Positions 40,070 through 49,547 of a DNA stretch of 64,000 bases are shown one piece after another (within the stretch, counting starts at the first letter, position 1; the number at the start of each line of letters is the position of its first letter). A program made the position numbers and the translations under genes. The DNA is from Escherichia coli (GTDB lineage: Bacteria; Pseudomonadota; Gammaproteobacteria; Enterobacterales; Enterobacteriaceae): the NCBI RefSeq assembly GCF_003790525.1, contig NZ_CP033636.1; one strand, written 5' to 3'. The notes below the pieces were generated by a model that was not told the origin of the DNA, made no database searches, and saw only the letters and a program-made list of their open reading frames with translations.

Positions 40070-40819
40070 ATGAAAAAAATTATTAAGGCATCGGTATTAC
40101 TTCTTTCATTAAGTACCGCCTTCACGATGAATGCCGAGCCGGTTAATACAATGGTACTGCCAGATGCAGCCCGGGATAAGCTCAAAGCCATTGGGCTTTC
40201 AATCGAGCACGTCGAACCCTCGCCAGTAAAAGATATTTTTACGGTGATTTCCAGGGAGGGGGTAAGTTACGTGAGCAAAGACGGAGATTACATTTTTACC
40301 GGAAGCTTATTCCACGTGAAAGGTAAAGATGTGGTAAACACCACTGAGCAGGCCATTTTAATGGGCGTCCGGGAATTCGCATCCAAAACAAAATCCATCG
40401 ACTACAAATCACCAAACGAAAAATACCGGCTTGCTATCTTTACCGATATAACCTGTGGATACTGCCAAAAACTGCATCATGATCTGAAGTCTTATCTTGA
40501 TGCCGGTATTTCGATTAAGTTTCTTGCATTCCCACGTGCAGGACTGAACTCGGTAGTAGCCGGGAACATGGCCAAAATCTGGTGTTCAGCAAAGCCAAAC
40601 GAAGCTCTGGATGCAGCGATGAATCCGGTTTCAACTATCCCGGAAGGACGTCCTGATGAGGCTTGCTTAAACATTATCAAATCGCATTTCCAGGTGGCCT
40701 CAACAATCCCGCTGCAAGGTACTCCTACCATGGTGACACTAAGCGGCAAACCGCAGTTATTTACGGGGTGGCTGAGCCCGGAAAACCTGGTGACCCAAAT
40801 GGGCGCTGCGCAAAAGTAA
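40070..40819 (+). CDS. dsbC: DsbC-like periplasmic thiol:disulfide interchange protein (249 aa)
   Basis: Signal peptide; active site CGYC in thioredoxin-like context; stop codon embedded in AAAAGTAACTTTT motif. Confidence 0.65.
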   Translation: MKKIIKASVLLLSLSTAFTMNAEPVNTMVLPDAARDKLKAIGLSIEHVEPSPVKDIFTVISREGVSYVSKDGDYIFTGSLFHVKGKDVVNTTEQAILMGVREFASKTKSIDYKSPNEKYRLAIFTDITCGYCQKLHHDLKSYLDAGISIKFLAFPRAGLNSVVAGNMAKIWCSAKPNEALDAAMNPVSTIPEGRPDEACLNIIKSHFQVASTIPLQGTPTMVTLSGKPQLFTGWLSPENLVTQMGAAQK

Positions 40820-40843
40820 CTTTTCCGACTGTAAGAGGTGTGT

Positions 40844-41236
40844 ATGAAATCTACTTTACTGAGTACGTTAATGCTGGTTGCTGTAGGTGTACAGCCCGTT
40901 TTCGCTGCACAATGTCAGTACGGAGCCTGTGGAACGGAAAACGATCCAGGAATCGTATTTCTGATGTCATCGGTACAAATGGATCAAGGTGAACAACTAA
41001 AGGAACTCTCTGGTGTTGCGACCACAGGTGACACCATCTCTAAAAAGATGGAAAGCTACCTGGGAAATAAAAAGCTCAAGGTAAACACCGACAGTACCCG
41101 CAAGGGGCCGGGTAATACCACCATCAGGCCTACAGATGAGCTCGCCCCAACGAGGCAACTAAAAGTTATCCGGCCCGAACTGGTAAAAAATCCCGATTCG
41201 CAGCTCGTGGTAGCTTTCAATGAGCGCCTGGCCTGA
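40844..41236 (+). CDS. small secreted protein (about 130 aa)
   Basis: Start moved to ATG with AGAGGTG RBS; signal peptide MKSTLLSTLMLVAVGVQPVFA. Confidence 0.4.
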   Translation: MKSTLLSTLMLVAVGVQPVFAAQCQYGACGTENDPGIVFLMSSVQMDQGEQLKELSGVATTGDTISKKMESYLGNKKLKVNTDSTRKGPGNTTIRPTDELAPTRQLKVIRPELVKNPDSQLVVAFNERLA

Positions 41237-41269
41237 TTTATTGACTGAGAGCGTCCAGAAGGAAAAAAG

Positions 41270-41692
41270 ATGTCGATACTCAGTAACTTCGTCATCAGGG
41301 CAACGGGGATACCTGACAAAAAGTATCTCCGGGATCCCGTAATAAAACGTTGTTATGAACGTCTGAGTCGTAGGGTGCCTGCTCTAATGACGGGTTGGCT
41401 TCTGTGCATTCTGGGTTCAGGGTATGTCAGTATGGCACTGGAACAGCCTGATAGCACTGTGTTACTCAGTCTGCTGCTGTTGTATGTTATGTCAGGCATT
41501 TTACTGATGCAGTTCCAGTATATGTATTCAGAGCGAAGCATAGGCTACAAGTTCTACCTGGAAGTGCTTATGAATGCAGCCGCCAGTACTCAACATAAAG
41601 AACAGTTACAGTATCTAATCATTAATAAGCCCAATTCCATCACGATGGGCGATCTTTACCGACTTTATGATTTTAATGGGGGAGGGCGATAG
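41270..41692 (+). CDS. hypothetical membrane protein (140 aa)
   Basis: ORF track; two hydrophobic helices. Confidence 0.4.
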   Translation: MSILSNFVIRATGIPDKKYLRDPVIKRCYERLSRRVPALMTGWLLCILGSGYVSMALEQPDSTVLLSLLLLYVMSGILLMQFQYMYSERSIGYKFYLEVLMNAAASTQHKEQLQYLIINKPNSITMGDLYRLYDFNGGGR

Positions 41693-41751
41693 CCACGTTT
41701 ATGTGCGTGTCCAAAAGTCACTTTTGAACATTCTCTTCCCGCCGTCTGCTT

Positions 41752-42363
41752 TCAGTTCCAGGGGATCACTGCAACATAATTTCCGGAACGCAGCGGCGCA
41801 TCAAATTTATCAGTAAAGGCGTCGATCATTGCTGAATAAGCAATGCTGTCTGACGGCACAGGTGCATTGCTTTGCATACTCACTTTCAGAACCTGCTTTG
41901 CTCCTTTCGCTGACGGGTATACCTCGACATCCAGCTGTCGCATATAGTGCATCTGCGACATCGTCTCAGTGCCTATTACCCCATCGACCGGCCTGTAGTC
42001 ATAGTCAGTATGCGATTCGCCATGCTTGTCAGTTCTCGTTGTCTTTTTATCTACAACGTAGCCTGTCACCCCAGTAAGAAGCTGCTCGCTATACTGCATG
42101 TTCTCCTGTGAGCTGCTCATTCGGAACCTGAGCACATAATCTGGCTGGTGAGTGGAAATAATGACTCCTTTTTTTGCTAATCCATCAGCAAAACGGCCTG
42201 AAAACATTCTGGACTGAATACTTTCGTCCGGAGGGACTATCTGAAACCTTTTATTTGTAACAGGACGAGGCATTAGATCGTACGCATCTACCTGGTTTGC
42301 GAAATGATATCCACAACCACTCAAAAGCATTGCGGTTGTGAGTATAAAGCCCTGCCTAATCAT
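41752..42363 (-). CDS. lipoprotein (203 aa)
   Basis: Signal peptide with lipobox LLSGC. Confidence 0.45.
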   Translation of the reverse strand: MIRQGFILTTAMLLSGCGYHFANQVDAYDLMPRPVTNKRFQIVPPDESIQSRMFSGRFADGLAKKGVIISTHQPDYVLRFRMSSSQENMQYSEQLLTGVTGYVVDKKTTRTDKHGESHTDYDYRPVDGVIGTETMSQMHYMRQLDVEVYPSAKGAKQVLKVSMQSNAPVPSDSIAYSAMIDAFTDKFDAPLRSGNYVAVIPWN

Positions 42364-42469
42364 CCTTTAATCTCCAAAAAGCATTGTTTCACGAATAATT
42401 CCGATTTACCGGGCCAGTATAATCCATCGCAGGTTAATAACTAACAGGCTGAAAAGCATAAAGGTAGCT

Positions 42470-43279
42470 ATGTCTAAAGAATTTTATTTAAAACCGATGG
42501 CCACGATTTTAATTTCTGCGGTAATTGCTACCGCTGCCTCGGCGTTAATCGCGGCAACTTATTTTAAACCGAAGGTGCTCAGTGAGGAAGAAATTGGCAA
42601 AATTGCCGCTACTTACCTGGTAAAAAATCCCCATTATTTAGTGGAAGCAGGTAAGGCGCTGGAAAATCAGAACGTAAGTGCCTCAGTGGAACGAATAATT
42701 CCATATGCGCCAGCTCTGCTGGATACCAAGGAGACGCCAAACATCGGCCCGGATGACGCCGACGTCGCGGTAATCGAGTTCTTCGACTATCAGTGTATTT
42801 ACTGCATGCGGGTTACACCTGTTGTTGAATCGGTAATGAATCAGAGCAAAGATGTAAAATTCTTCTTTAAAGAATTCCCGATTTTTGCCGGTTCAAAACC
42901 TGTATCTGCCATGGGGGCCGCTACGGGTCTGCACGTCTATCAGAATTTCGGTGCTGAAGCCTATCGTAAATACCACAACAACCTGATGGCTGTGGCTCAT
43001 ACCTTCATGACCTCTCAACGCAAATTCGAACTCAGCGACTTTAATACTGTGGTGGATAAGTCAGGGTTTAACAGCACGTTTTCTGACAGGGAAAAAAACC
43101 GATATGAAAACGTGATCTCCGGCAACATGCAGCTGGGCGAAGCGCTTGGGATCACCGGCACACCCGGCTTCATCATTATGAATATGAAAAAGCCGAATGC
43201 GGCGACTACCACATTTATCCCCGGGGCTATGGACGCAGCAACTTTGCAGGGCGCAATCGAAAAAGCTCGCGGGGCCTAA
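42470..43279 (+). CDS. DsbA-like thioredoxin-fold oxidoreductase with CxxC (269 aa)
   Basis: N-terminal hydrophobic segment; FFDYQCIYCMRV active-site context; stop embedded in AAAGTTACTTT motif. Confidence 0.55.
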   Translation: MSKEFYLKPMATILISAVIATAASALIAATYFKPKVLSEEEIGKIAATYLVKNPHYLVEAGKALENQNVSASVERIIPYAPALLDTKETPNIGPDDADVAVIEFFDYQCIYCMRVTPVVESVMNQSKDVKFFFKEFPIFAGSKPVSAMGAATGLHVYQNFGAEAYRKYHNNLMAVAHTFMTSQRKFELSDFNTVVDKSGFNSTFSDREKNRYENVISGNMQLGEALGITGTPGFIIMNMKKPNAATTTFIPGAMDAATLQGAIEKARGA

Positions 43280-43324
43280 AGTTACTTTCACTTTTGATGA
43301 GTACGGCCATGCCGGTCATGGCCG

Positions 43325-44584
43325 CTACGCTTTTACAACGAGTAATTCATCCCAGCGGGTCGTATATCTCGGTGATAGCATGGCCTGTTTCATACGAAAA
43401 TCCTGTTGAATGCCTTCCCCCAGCAAAAACAGAGCTCCGCGCTTTTCTTTATTGAACCGGTCCATAACTTTCATCAGTGCCTGACTGCCAGGCCTGGCCG
43501 GGCGCTCATCAAACAGGCTGAGTTGCTCTGTGCCGTCAGTCATAGCGGAGAGCATTACCCCAGCTTTCGCATACGCTATCCCGGGTTTGTAAATGCGGTT
43601 CAGGATGGTCATGGCTGCATCAACCAGATCGCGGGTGTCCTGTGTAGCGGTAAGCGGCTCGATACCACAATTGCTGTAGCGGTTTTCACCTTGCGCATAA
43701 TTGCTGCTCTGAATGAAGACTGTGATTTGACGGGTCCACGAGCCATCCTTGCGCAGCTGCTCTGCCGCCCGGGCGGTAAAAAATGAAACTGCCTCATGTA
43801 GCTTGCCTATCTCATTAAGGCGCTGACCAAAACTTCTGGAAACGATAATCTGTTGCCGGACAGGAGGGGATTCATGCAGCCGGAAACATGGTTCGCCATG
43901 CAGTTCCCGCCAGGTACGCTCGATTTCAACGCCAAAGCTTTTACGTAAAAAGCGAACGTCGCTATTATAAAAATCACCGGCAGTGATGATCCCGAAAGCC
44001 GACAGGCGTTCACTGATCTTTTGACCAATACCCCATATTTCTCTGGTACTGATAAGGCCCAGGAGCTTCCTGATCCTGGCCTGATCAGTCAAAACTACAA
44101 CCCCGCCTGTAGCTGCCCATCGTTTGCTCGCATAGGTGCATAATTTAGCCAGGGTTTTGGTGCTTGAACACCCCACACCACAGGTAAGGGACAGATTATG
44201 AAGAAGTGTACTTCTGATCAACCGGCCGTAATCTTCATAATCTATTATCTTGTTCATGTTTTTCAATAACATGAAATTTTCATCTATGCTATATCGACTC
44301 GATTGAGGCGCGAAGCTTTCCAGCGTTTCATGGAAGCGATTTGAGTAGTCTTCATACAAAGTAAAGTTAGAGCTCCGGACTTCGATCTGGTGTTGCTGAA
44401 TCAAATCCCTGCACTTAAAAATTGGGGTCCCACGCTTAATACCAACGCTTTTAGCCAGTTTATTCATTGCAATGACGGACGAATCGTTATTGCTGGCTAT
44501 GATGAGCGGCTTTTTTGCCAGCTTGGGATCCATCGCACACTCAAATGCCGCATAGGCCCCGTTAATATCAACGTGCATGTACAT
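43325..44584 (-). CDS. umuC: Y-family DNA polymerase subunit (UmuC/MucB-like, 419 aa)
   Basis: N-terminal DINGAYAAFE and SIDENF motifs correspond to UmuC catalytic Asp/Glu region; overlaps umuD-like stop. Confidence 0.6.
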   Translation of the reverse strand: MYMHVDINGAYAAFECAMDPKLAKKPLIIASNNDSSVIAMNKLAKSVGIKRGTPIFKCRDLIQQHQIEVRSSNFTLYEDYSNRFHETLESFAPQSSRYSIDENFMLLKNMNKIIDYEDYGRLIRSTLLHNLSLTCGVGCSSTKTLAKLCTYASKRWAATGGVVVLTDQARIRKLLGLISTREIWGIGQKISERLSAFGIITAGDFYNSDVRFLRKSFGVEIERTWRELHGEPCFRLHESPPVRQQIIVSRSFGQRLNEIGKLHEAVSFFTARAAEQLRKDGSWTRQITVFIQSSNYAQGENRYSNCGIEPLTATQDTRDLVDAAMTILNRIYKPGIAYAKAGVMLSAMTDGTEQLSLFDERPARPGSQALMKVMDRFNKEKRGALFLLGEGIQQDFRMKQAMLSPRYTTRWDELLVVKA

Positions 44585-45002
44585 GGCTAAACTGATTCAG
44601 TGCAAAGGTGACGACGCCCCATATCTCAAGGGATTCGGGATTTACACGTATCGGCTTATAGGCTGGATTAGAAGGCATCAAAAGCAGCTCAGGATACGTG
44701 TGTAAGATCTTTACCGTGAACTCTCCATCCACCAGCGCAACGACGATAGAGCCGTGTCGTGCCGTTAAAGACCGATCCACAACCAGAATAGCGCCATCAT
44801 TGATACCGGCATTGATCATACTGAGGCCCGCCGCCCTGACAAAGAAGGTTGAGGGGCGGTTACGGACTACATATTCATGCAAATTTAATTCATTATCTTC
44901 ATGCCCGGCGCACGGACTCATCACTCCACAGCTCAGTAAATCACTGAAAAAAGGTGCCATTTCGTAAGGCTTGTTGCTAATGTGCTCAAGGATAACAGAC
45001 AT
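44568..45002 (-). CDS. umuD: UmuD/MucA-like S24 peptidase-fold mutagenesis protein (144 aa)
   Basis: AAGLSMINAGI (Ser nucleophile context) and later Lys; LexA box upstream. Confidence 0.6.
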   Translation of the reverse strand: MSVILEHISNKPYEMAPFFSDLLSCGVMSPCAGHEDNELNLHEYVVRNRPSTFFVRAAGLSMINAGINDGAILVVDRSLTARHGSIVVALVDGEFTVKILHTYPELLLMPSNPAYKPIRVNPESLEIWGVVTFALNQFSHVHAR

Positions 45003-45023
45003 AGCTACACTCGAATTCTCATA

Positions 45024-45039
45024 CTGTATGTATAAACAG
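45024..45039. promoter_or_regulatory. LexA (SOS) box CTGTATGTATAAACAG upstream of umuD-like gene
   Basis: Perfect CTGT-N8-ACAG, 22 bp upstream of the start codon. Confidence 0.7.
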
Positions 45040-45195
45040 TATTGCGAGTTACAGAGAAAAGATCAAATCTCTCCGGTAACGCTATCGAGCCTGACGAAAA
45101 ATTAAGCTTTGTCACAAACACCAAAAACCATCTTTTACCGATAATGGCGAGCTGGCCTACGAAGAAGGTATACAAGCTAGGATGAAAGGATTCTG

Positions 45196-45813
45196 ATGCC
45201 CCTCCCACCAAATTTTTTATCTCCTGAAGACCAGGCTGAGTACGATGCTTATATGTCAAGATTCAGCGAGATAAATCACTATTATGATTATCACACTGTC
45301 CCCGTGATTGACTGGTTCTTTAAACAAGCAACCGAGGCGTTGCATCACGAACTATGGATACCGGCCTGTACGAGCTTCCTGAACGGGATTGAAACATCAC
45401 TCATGGTTACGTTGAAGTCGCTGATGCTGAAACCAACAGTTAACGATCAGCATGCAGCTCCTGAGCTGGTGGACTTGGAGGGTATCTCCGTAATGAGTAA
45501 TGCCTTACTGAGAAAGGCCAAGCAGGAAGGGGTGCCGGTAGAATTACTTTCATTTCCAGCCGAGCAGGATATGTTGGTTAAGGTAGCAGCCGGGAGAACA
45601 CCTGAAGCAGAAATTGTCAGGCTGAGAAACAACCTATGCCATGGCAACATTCTGGAGTTTATCATGTCTGTTGATATCGGTACTTCAGGACCCATACGTA
45701 TTTTTACGCCTGAATGCTGTCGTGAACTGGCGCATGAACTTTCGTCCATTTCCAGGAATTGGGTGGTAGGTTTGCACAAGTACTGGGTCGACAACAATCT
45801 GATTTCCCCCTGA
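45196..45813 (+). CDS. hypothetical protein (205 aa)
   Basis: ORF track. Confidence 0.4.
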   Translation: MPLPPNFLSPEDQAEYDAYMSRFSEINHYYDYHTVPVIDWFFKQATEALHHELWIPACTSFLNGIETSLMVTLKSLMLKPTVNDQHAAPELVDLEGISVMSNALLRKAKQEGVPVELLSFPAEQDMLVKVAAGRTPEAEIVRLRNNLCHGNILEFIMSVDIGTSGPIRIFTPECCRELAHELSSISRNWVVGLHKYWVDNNLISP

Positions 45814-45962
45814 AGCTCCTTGAACCTTGCTTTCAGAAGCCAGGTGTATGAAACCCTATTGGATAATATTTAAAGCCAAAATATGGGGATCTCGTATTCG
45901 GTGACAGGCATGGTATAAATGATGTGTCTGAGCAACCATCATTGATAATCATGGAGTGAGTC

Positions 45963-46319
45963 ATGAAATTAAAATACCTTCTGTTATGTGCAACTCTGTC
46001 TGTCGCCTTTACCTCCTCTGCGGTCCTTGCATCTGAAAACGGGAAAAAACCGATCCCGGGCAAATCAGATGTGATGGTTGCCGATATTTGTTTAAAACCT
46101 GAAATCCAAAGTGAAACCGATTATAAAAAAACGAAAGAACTGGTAAGGACTGAGTTTGAAGAAAACTTGCCTGTTGGATCTAAAATCAAAGAAAAAGACT
46201 TGAATGCCGTAATTGAAGCATTTGCTACTCGTAAAAGGGACACGCCGGAGCGAGCGGACCATTGCCAAGAAAACGTACGTGAAAGATACTGGGAAATGAA
46301 CCCGGTGAAAGATAAATAA
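45963..46319 (+). CDS. small secreted protein (118 aa)
   Basis: Signal peptide MKLKYLLLCATLSVAFTSSAVLA; GGAG RBS. Confidence 0.45.
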   Translation: MKLKYLLLCATLSVAFTSSAVLASENGKKPIPGKSDVMVADICLKPEIQSETDYKKTKELVRTEFEENLPVGSKIKEKDLNAVIEAFATRKRDTPERADHCQENVRERYWEMNPVKDK

Positions 46320-46569
46320 AATACATTCACGTTGTATAATATAGAGGCTTCAATTCTGAAGCCTTTTTTATTTTCAGATTATTTTGATTCTGACAATAAT
46401 GAAATAAAATTGAGCATTATCGCTTAACACTGGATAAGAAAAAGAGCCATCTTTTATATTGGACAGGTTTGAATTTAAGGAATTTTGGATTCACAGTTTT
46501 CTGCGTTATTAGACGGCAAGGGCAATCTGGTATGATTCACCTAACACACGAATCTGGAAGGAAAAGTAT

Positions 46570-46713
46570 ATGGGTGACCTGGTCAGCAAAAATAGCATTG
46601 ACCGTTTAGAGCGATTTCATTCTTTGCTGGCGGGTCAGTACTGGACGTCCACTGACAGCATCCCTGAAGAGGGTATTGTGGCAGGGGATACACTGCTCAT
46701 TACGTCTTTGCGT
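46570..46713 (+). pseudogene. 5-prime fragment (48 codons) of a backbone gene truncated by IS26
   Basis: ATG with GGAAGGAAAAG RBS; frame runs straight into the IS26 left inverted repeat. Confidence 0.4.
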
Positions 46714-47533
46714 GGCACTGTTGCAAATAGTCGGTGGTGATAAACTTATCATCCCCTTTTGCTGATGGAGCTGCACATGAACCCATTCAAAGGCCGGCAT
46801 TTTCAGCGTGACATCATTCTGTGGGCCGTACGCTGGTACTGCAAATACGGCATCAGTTACCGTGAGCTGCAGGAGATGCTGGCTGAACGCGGAGTGAATG
46901 TCGATCACTCCACGATTTACCGCTGGGTTCAGCGTTATGCGCCTGAAATGGAAAAACGGCTGCGCTGGTACTGGCGTAACCCTTCCGATCTTTGCCCGTG
47001 GCACATGGATGAAACCTACGTGAAGGTCAATGGCCGCTGGGCGTATCTGTACCGGGCCGTCGACAGCCGGGGCCGCACTGTCGATTTTTATCTCTCCTCC
47101 CGTCGTAACAGCAAAGCTGCATACCGGTTTCTGGGTAAAATCCTCAACAACGTGAAGAAGTGGCAGATCCCACGATTCATCAACACGGATAAAGCGCCCG
47201 CCTATGGTCGCGCGCTTGCTCTGCTCAAACGCGAAGGCCGGTGCCCGTCTGACGTTGAACACCGACAGATTAAGTACCGGAACAACGTGATTGAATGCGA
47301 TCATGGCAAACTGAAACGGATAATCAACGCCACGCTGGGATTTAAATCCATGAAGACGGCTTACGCCACCATCAAAGGTATTGAGGTGATGCGTGCACTA
47401 CGCAAAGGCCAGGCCTCAGCATTTTATTATGGTGATCCCCTGGGCGAAATGCGCCTGGTAAGCAGAGTTTTTGAAATGTAAGGCCTTTGAATAAGACAAA
47501 AGGCTGCCTCATCGCTAACTTTGCAACAGTGCC
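46714..47533 (+). mobile_element. IS26 (820 bp), no flanking 8-bp target duplication
   Basis: 14-bp terminal repeats GGCACTGTTGCAAA / TTTGCAACAGTGCC; flanks CTTTGCGT versus GGCGAAGC differ. Confidence 0.95.
46777..47481 (+). CDS. tnpA: IS26 transposase Tnp26 (234 aa)
   Basis: MNPFKGRHFQRDIILWAVRWYCKYGISYRELQEM... recognised IS26 transposase. Confidence 0.95.
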   Translation: MNPFKGRHFQRDIILWAVRWYCKYGISYRELQEMLAERGVNVDHSTIYRWVQRYAPEMEKRLRWYWRNPSDLCPWHMDETYVKVNGRWAYLYRAVDSRGRTVDFYLSSRRNSKAAYRFLGKILNNVKKWQIPRFINTDKAPAYGRALALLKREGRCPSDVEHRQIKYRNNVIECDHGKLKRIINATLGFKSMKTAYATIKGIEVMRALRKGQASAFYYGDPLGEMRLVSRVFEM

Positions 47534-47689
47534 GGCGAAGCTTATCAGCGCTTCCAGTTGCGGACGCTTGACATCCTTGCCGGATGCCTTGTCGCTAAAA
47601 GCGCGATCAACCTTGACGCCTTCCAGTTGCCGTTCCGGGTTCTGGTCGAAGGTGCTGACCCTGATATACCCAATGCGCTGTCCAGTCAT
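47534..47689 (-). pseudogene. tnpR: Tn21-family resolvase tnpR, first 52 codons only, truncated by IS26
   Basis: MTGQRIGYIRVSTFDQNPERQLEGVKVDRAFSDKASGKDVKRPQLEALISFA then IS26 end. Confidence 0.85.
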
Positions 47690-47810
47690 GGAATTCCCTG
47701 CAAAATGTCAGGGAAGACTCTATGACCTTCAACGAGATATGTCAATAAATTCAAAATTCAATCCTATCCTGACGCAATTTACACATGGCATCTGACATCA
47801 GGTTAGGGTA
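47690..47810. promoter_or_regulatory. Tn21-type res site region (resolvase binding sites and tnpR promoter)
   Basis: Position between tnpR start and tnpM stop as in Tn21; boundaries approximate. Confidence 0.5.
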
Positions 47811-47814
47811 TGCC

Positions 47815-48165
47815 TCAACCTGACGGCGGCGAATCACAAGCGTCCGGTTTGACGCTGGTTTCGGTCGCAGTGCTGGCCCGCGCCTGGAAGCGCTGATAGC
47901 ACTCCAGCCCGCAGAAATGCTCCACGTACTCGGCCCCTTCCGGCGTGAAGGCGGCATCGAGCGGGATTTCCTTGCAGCACACGCAGCAACTGGTGCTCGG
48001 TTCATTGGCGTTCATGGTGGTGTTCCTCCATTGGTTGACGAAGCCGACGAAGGCCGCCGCCGGCATCGGCCTGGCGAACAGGAAACCCTGCACCGTGTCG
48101 CAACCCGCCTGCCGCAACCACGCAAGGCAGTCGGGTGTTTCCACACCCTCGGCTACCACCTCCAT
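47815..48165 (-). CDS. tnpM: TnpM (EAL-domain C-terminal remnant of urf2M, 116 aa)
   Basis: [33 protein letters not shown]...; start codon abuts integron IRi as in Tn21. Confidence 0.75.
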
Positions 48166-48190
48166 TGTCGTTTTCAGAAGACGGCTGCAC
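48166..48190. repeat. class 1 integron IRi (25-bp inverted repeat at the intI1 end)
   Basis: TGTCGTTTTCAGAAGACGGCTGCAC. Confidence 0.9.
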
Positions 48191-48367
48191 TGAACGTCAG
48201 AAGCCGACTGCACTATAGCAGCGGAGGGGTTGGATCCATCAGGCAACGACGGGCTGCTGCCGGCCATCAGCGGACGCAGGGAGGACTTTCCGCAACCGGC
48301 CGTTCGATGCGGCACCGATGGCCTTCGCGCAGGGGTAGTGAATCCGCCAGGATTGACTTGCGCTGCC

Positions 48368-49381
48368 CTACCTCTCACTAGTGAGGGGCGGCAGCGCATC
48401 AAGCGGTGAGCGCACTCCGGCACCGCCAACTTTCAGCACATGCGTGTAAATCATCGTCGTAGAGACGTCGGAATGGCCGAGCAGATCCTGCACGGTTCGA
48501 ATGTCGTAACCGCTGCGGAGCAAGGCCGTCGCGAACGAGTGGCGGAGGGTGTGCGGTGTGGCGGGCTTCGTGATGCCTGCTTGTTCTACGGCACGTTTGA
48601 AGGCGCGCTGAAAGGTCTGGTCATACATGTGATGGCGACGCACGACACCGCTCCGTGGATCGGTCGAATGCGTGTGCTGCGCAAAAACCCAGAACCACGG
48701 CCAGGAATGCCCGGCGCGCGGATACTTCCGCTCAAGGGCGTCGGGAAGCGCAACGCCGCTGCGGCCCTCGGCCTGGTCCTTCAGCCACCATGCCCGTGCA
48801 CGCGACAGCTGCTCGCGCAGGCTGGGTGCCAAGCTCTCGGGTAACATCAAGGCCCGATCCTTGGAGCCCTTGCCCTCCCGCACGATGATCGTGCCGTGAT
48901 CGAAATCCAGATCCTTGACCCGCAGTTGCAAACCCTCACTGATCCGCATGCCCGTTCCATACAGAAGCTGGGCGAACAAACGATGCTCGCCTTCCAGAAA
49001 ACCGAGGATGCGAACCACTTCATCCGGGGTCAGCACCACCGGCAAGCGCCGCGACGGCCGAGGTCTTCCGATCTCCTGAAGCCAGGGCAGATCCGTGCAC
49101 AGCACCTTGCCGTAGAAGAACAGCAAGGCCGCCAATGCCTGACGATGCGTGGAGACCGAAACCTTGCGCTCGTTCGCCAGCCAGGACAGAAATGCCTCGA
49201 CTTCGCTGCTGCCCAAGGTTGCCGGGTGACGCACACCGTGGAAACGGATGAAGGCACGAACCCAGTGGACATAAGCCTGTTCGGTTCGTAAACTGTAATG
49301 CAAGTAGCGTATGCGCTCACGCAACTGGTCCAGAACCTTGACCGAACGCAGCGGTGGTAACGGCGCAGTGGCGGTTTTCAT
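48368..49381 (-). CDS. intI1: class 1 integron integrase IntI1 (337 aa)
   Basis: [53 protein letters not shown]... recognised IntI1. Confidence 0.95.
49266..49294 (+). promoter_or_regulatory. integron cassette promoter Pc, variant with -35 TGGACA and -10 TAAACT (PcH1-type); P2 lacks GGG insertion
   Basis: TGGACA-N17-TAAACT inside the intI1 5-prime region; downstream TTGTTA-N14-TACAGT has the inactive 14-bp spacing. Confidence 0.7.
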
Positions 49382-49449
49382 GGCTTGTTATGACTGTTTT
49401 TTTGTACAGTCTATGCCTCGAGCATCCAAGCAGCAAGCGCGTTACGCCG

Positions 49450-49520
49450 TGGGTCGATGTTTGATGTTATGGAGCAGCAACGATGTTACGCAGCAGGGCA
49501 GTCGCCCTAAAACAAAGTTG
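49450..49520. other. attI1 recombination site
   Basis: 5-prime conserved segment end ...GCAGCAGGGCAGTCGCCCTAAAACAAAGTT followed by first cassette. Confidence 0.7.
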
Positions 49521-49547
49521 TACGTAGAACTCGAAGGCAATTTAAGT

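Noticed and set aside
46606-47304. 232-aa minus-strand ORF across the first IS26
   Set aside because: Antisense to the IS26 transposase gene; read-through artefact of an IS with a well-defined single gene
48440-49320. Several plus-strand ORFs (for example 48440..48844, 48896..49291) inside intI1
   Set aside because: Antisense frames within the known intI1 coding region, which is GC-rich and stop-poor
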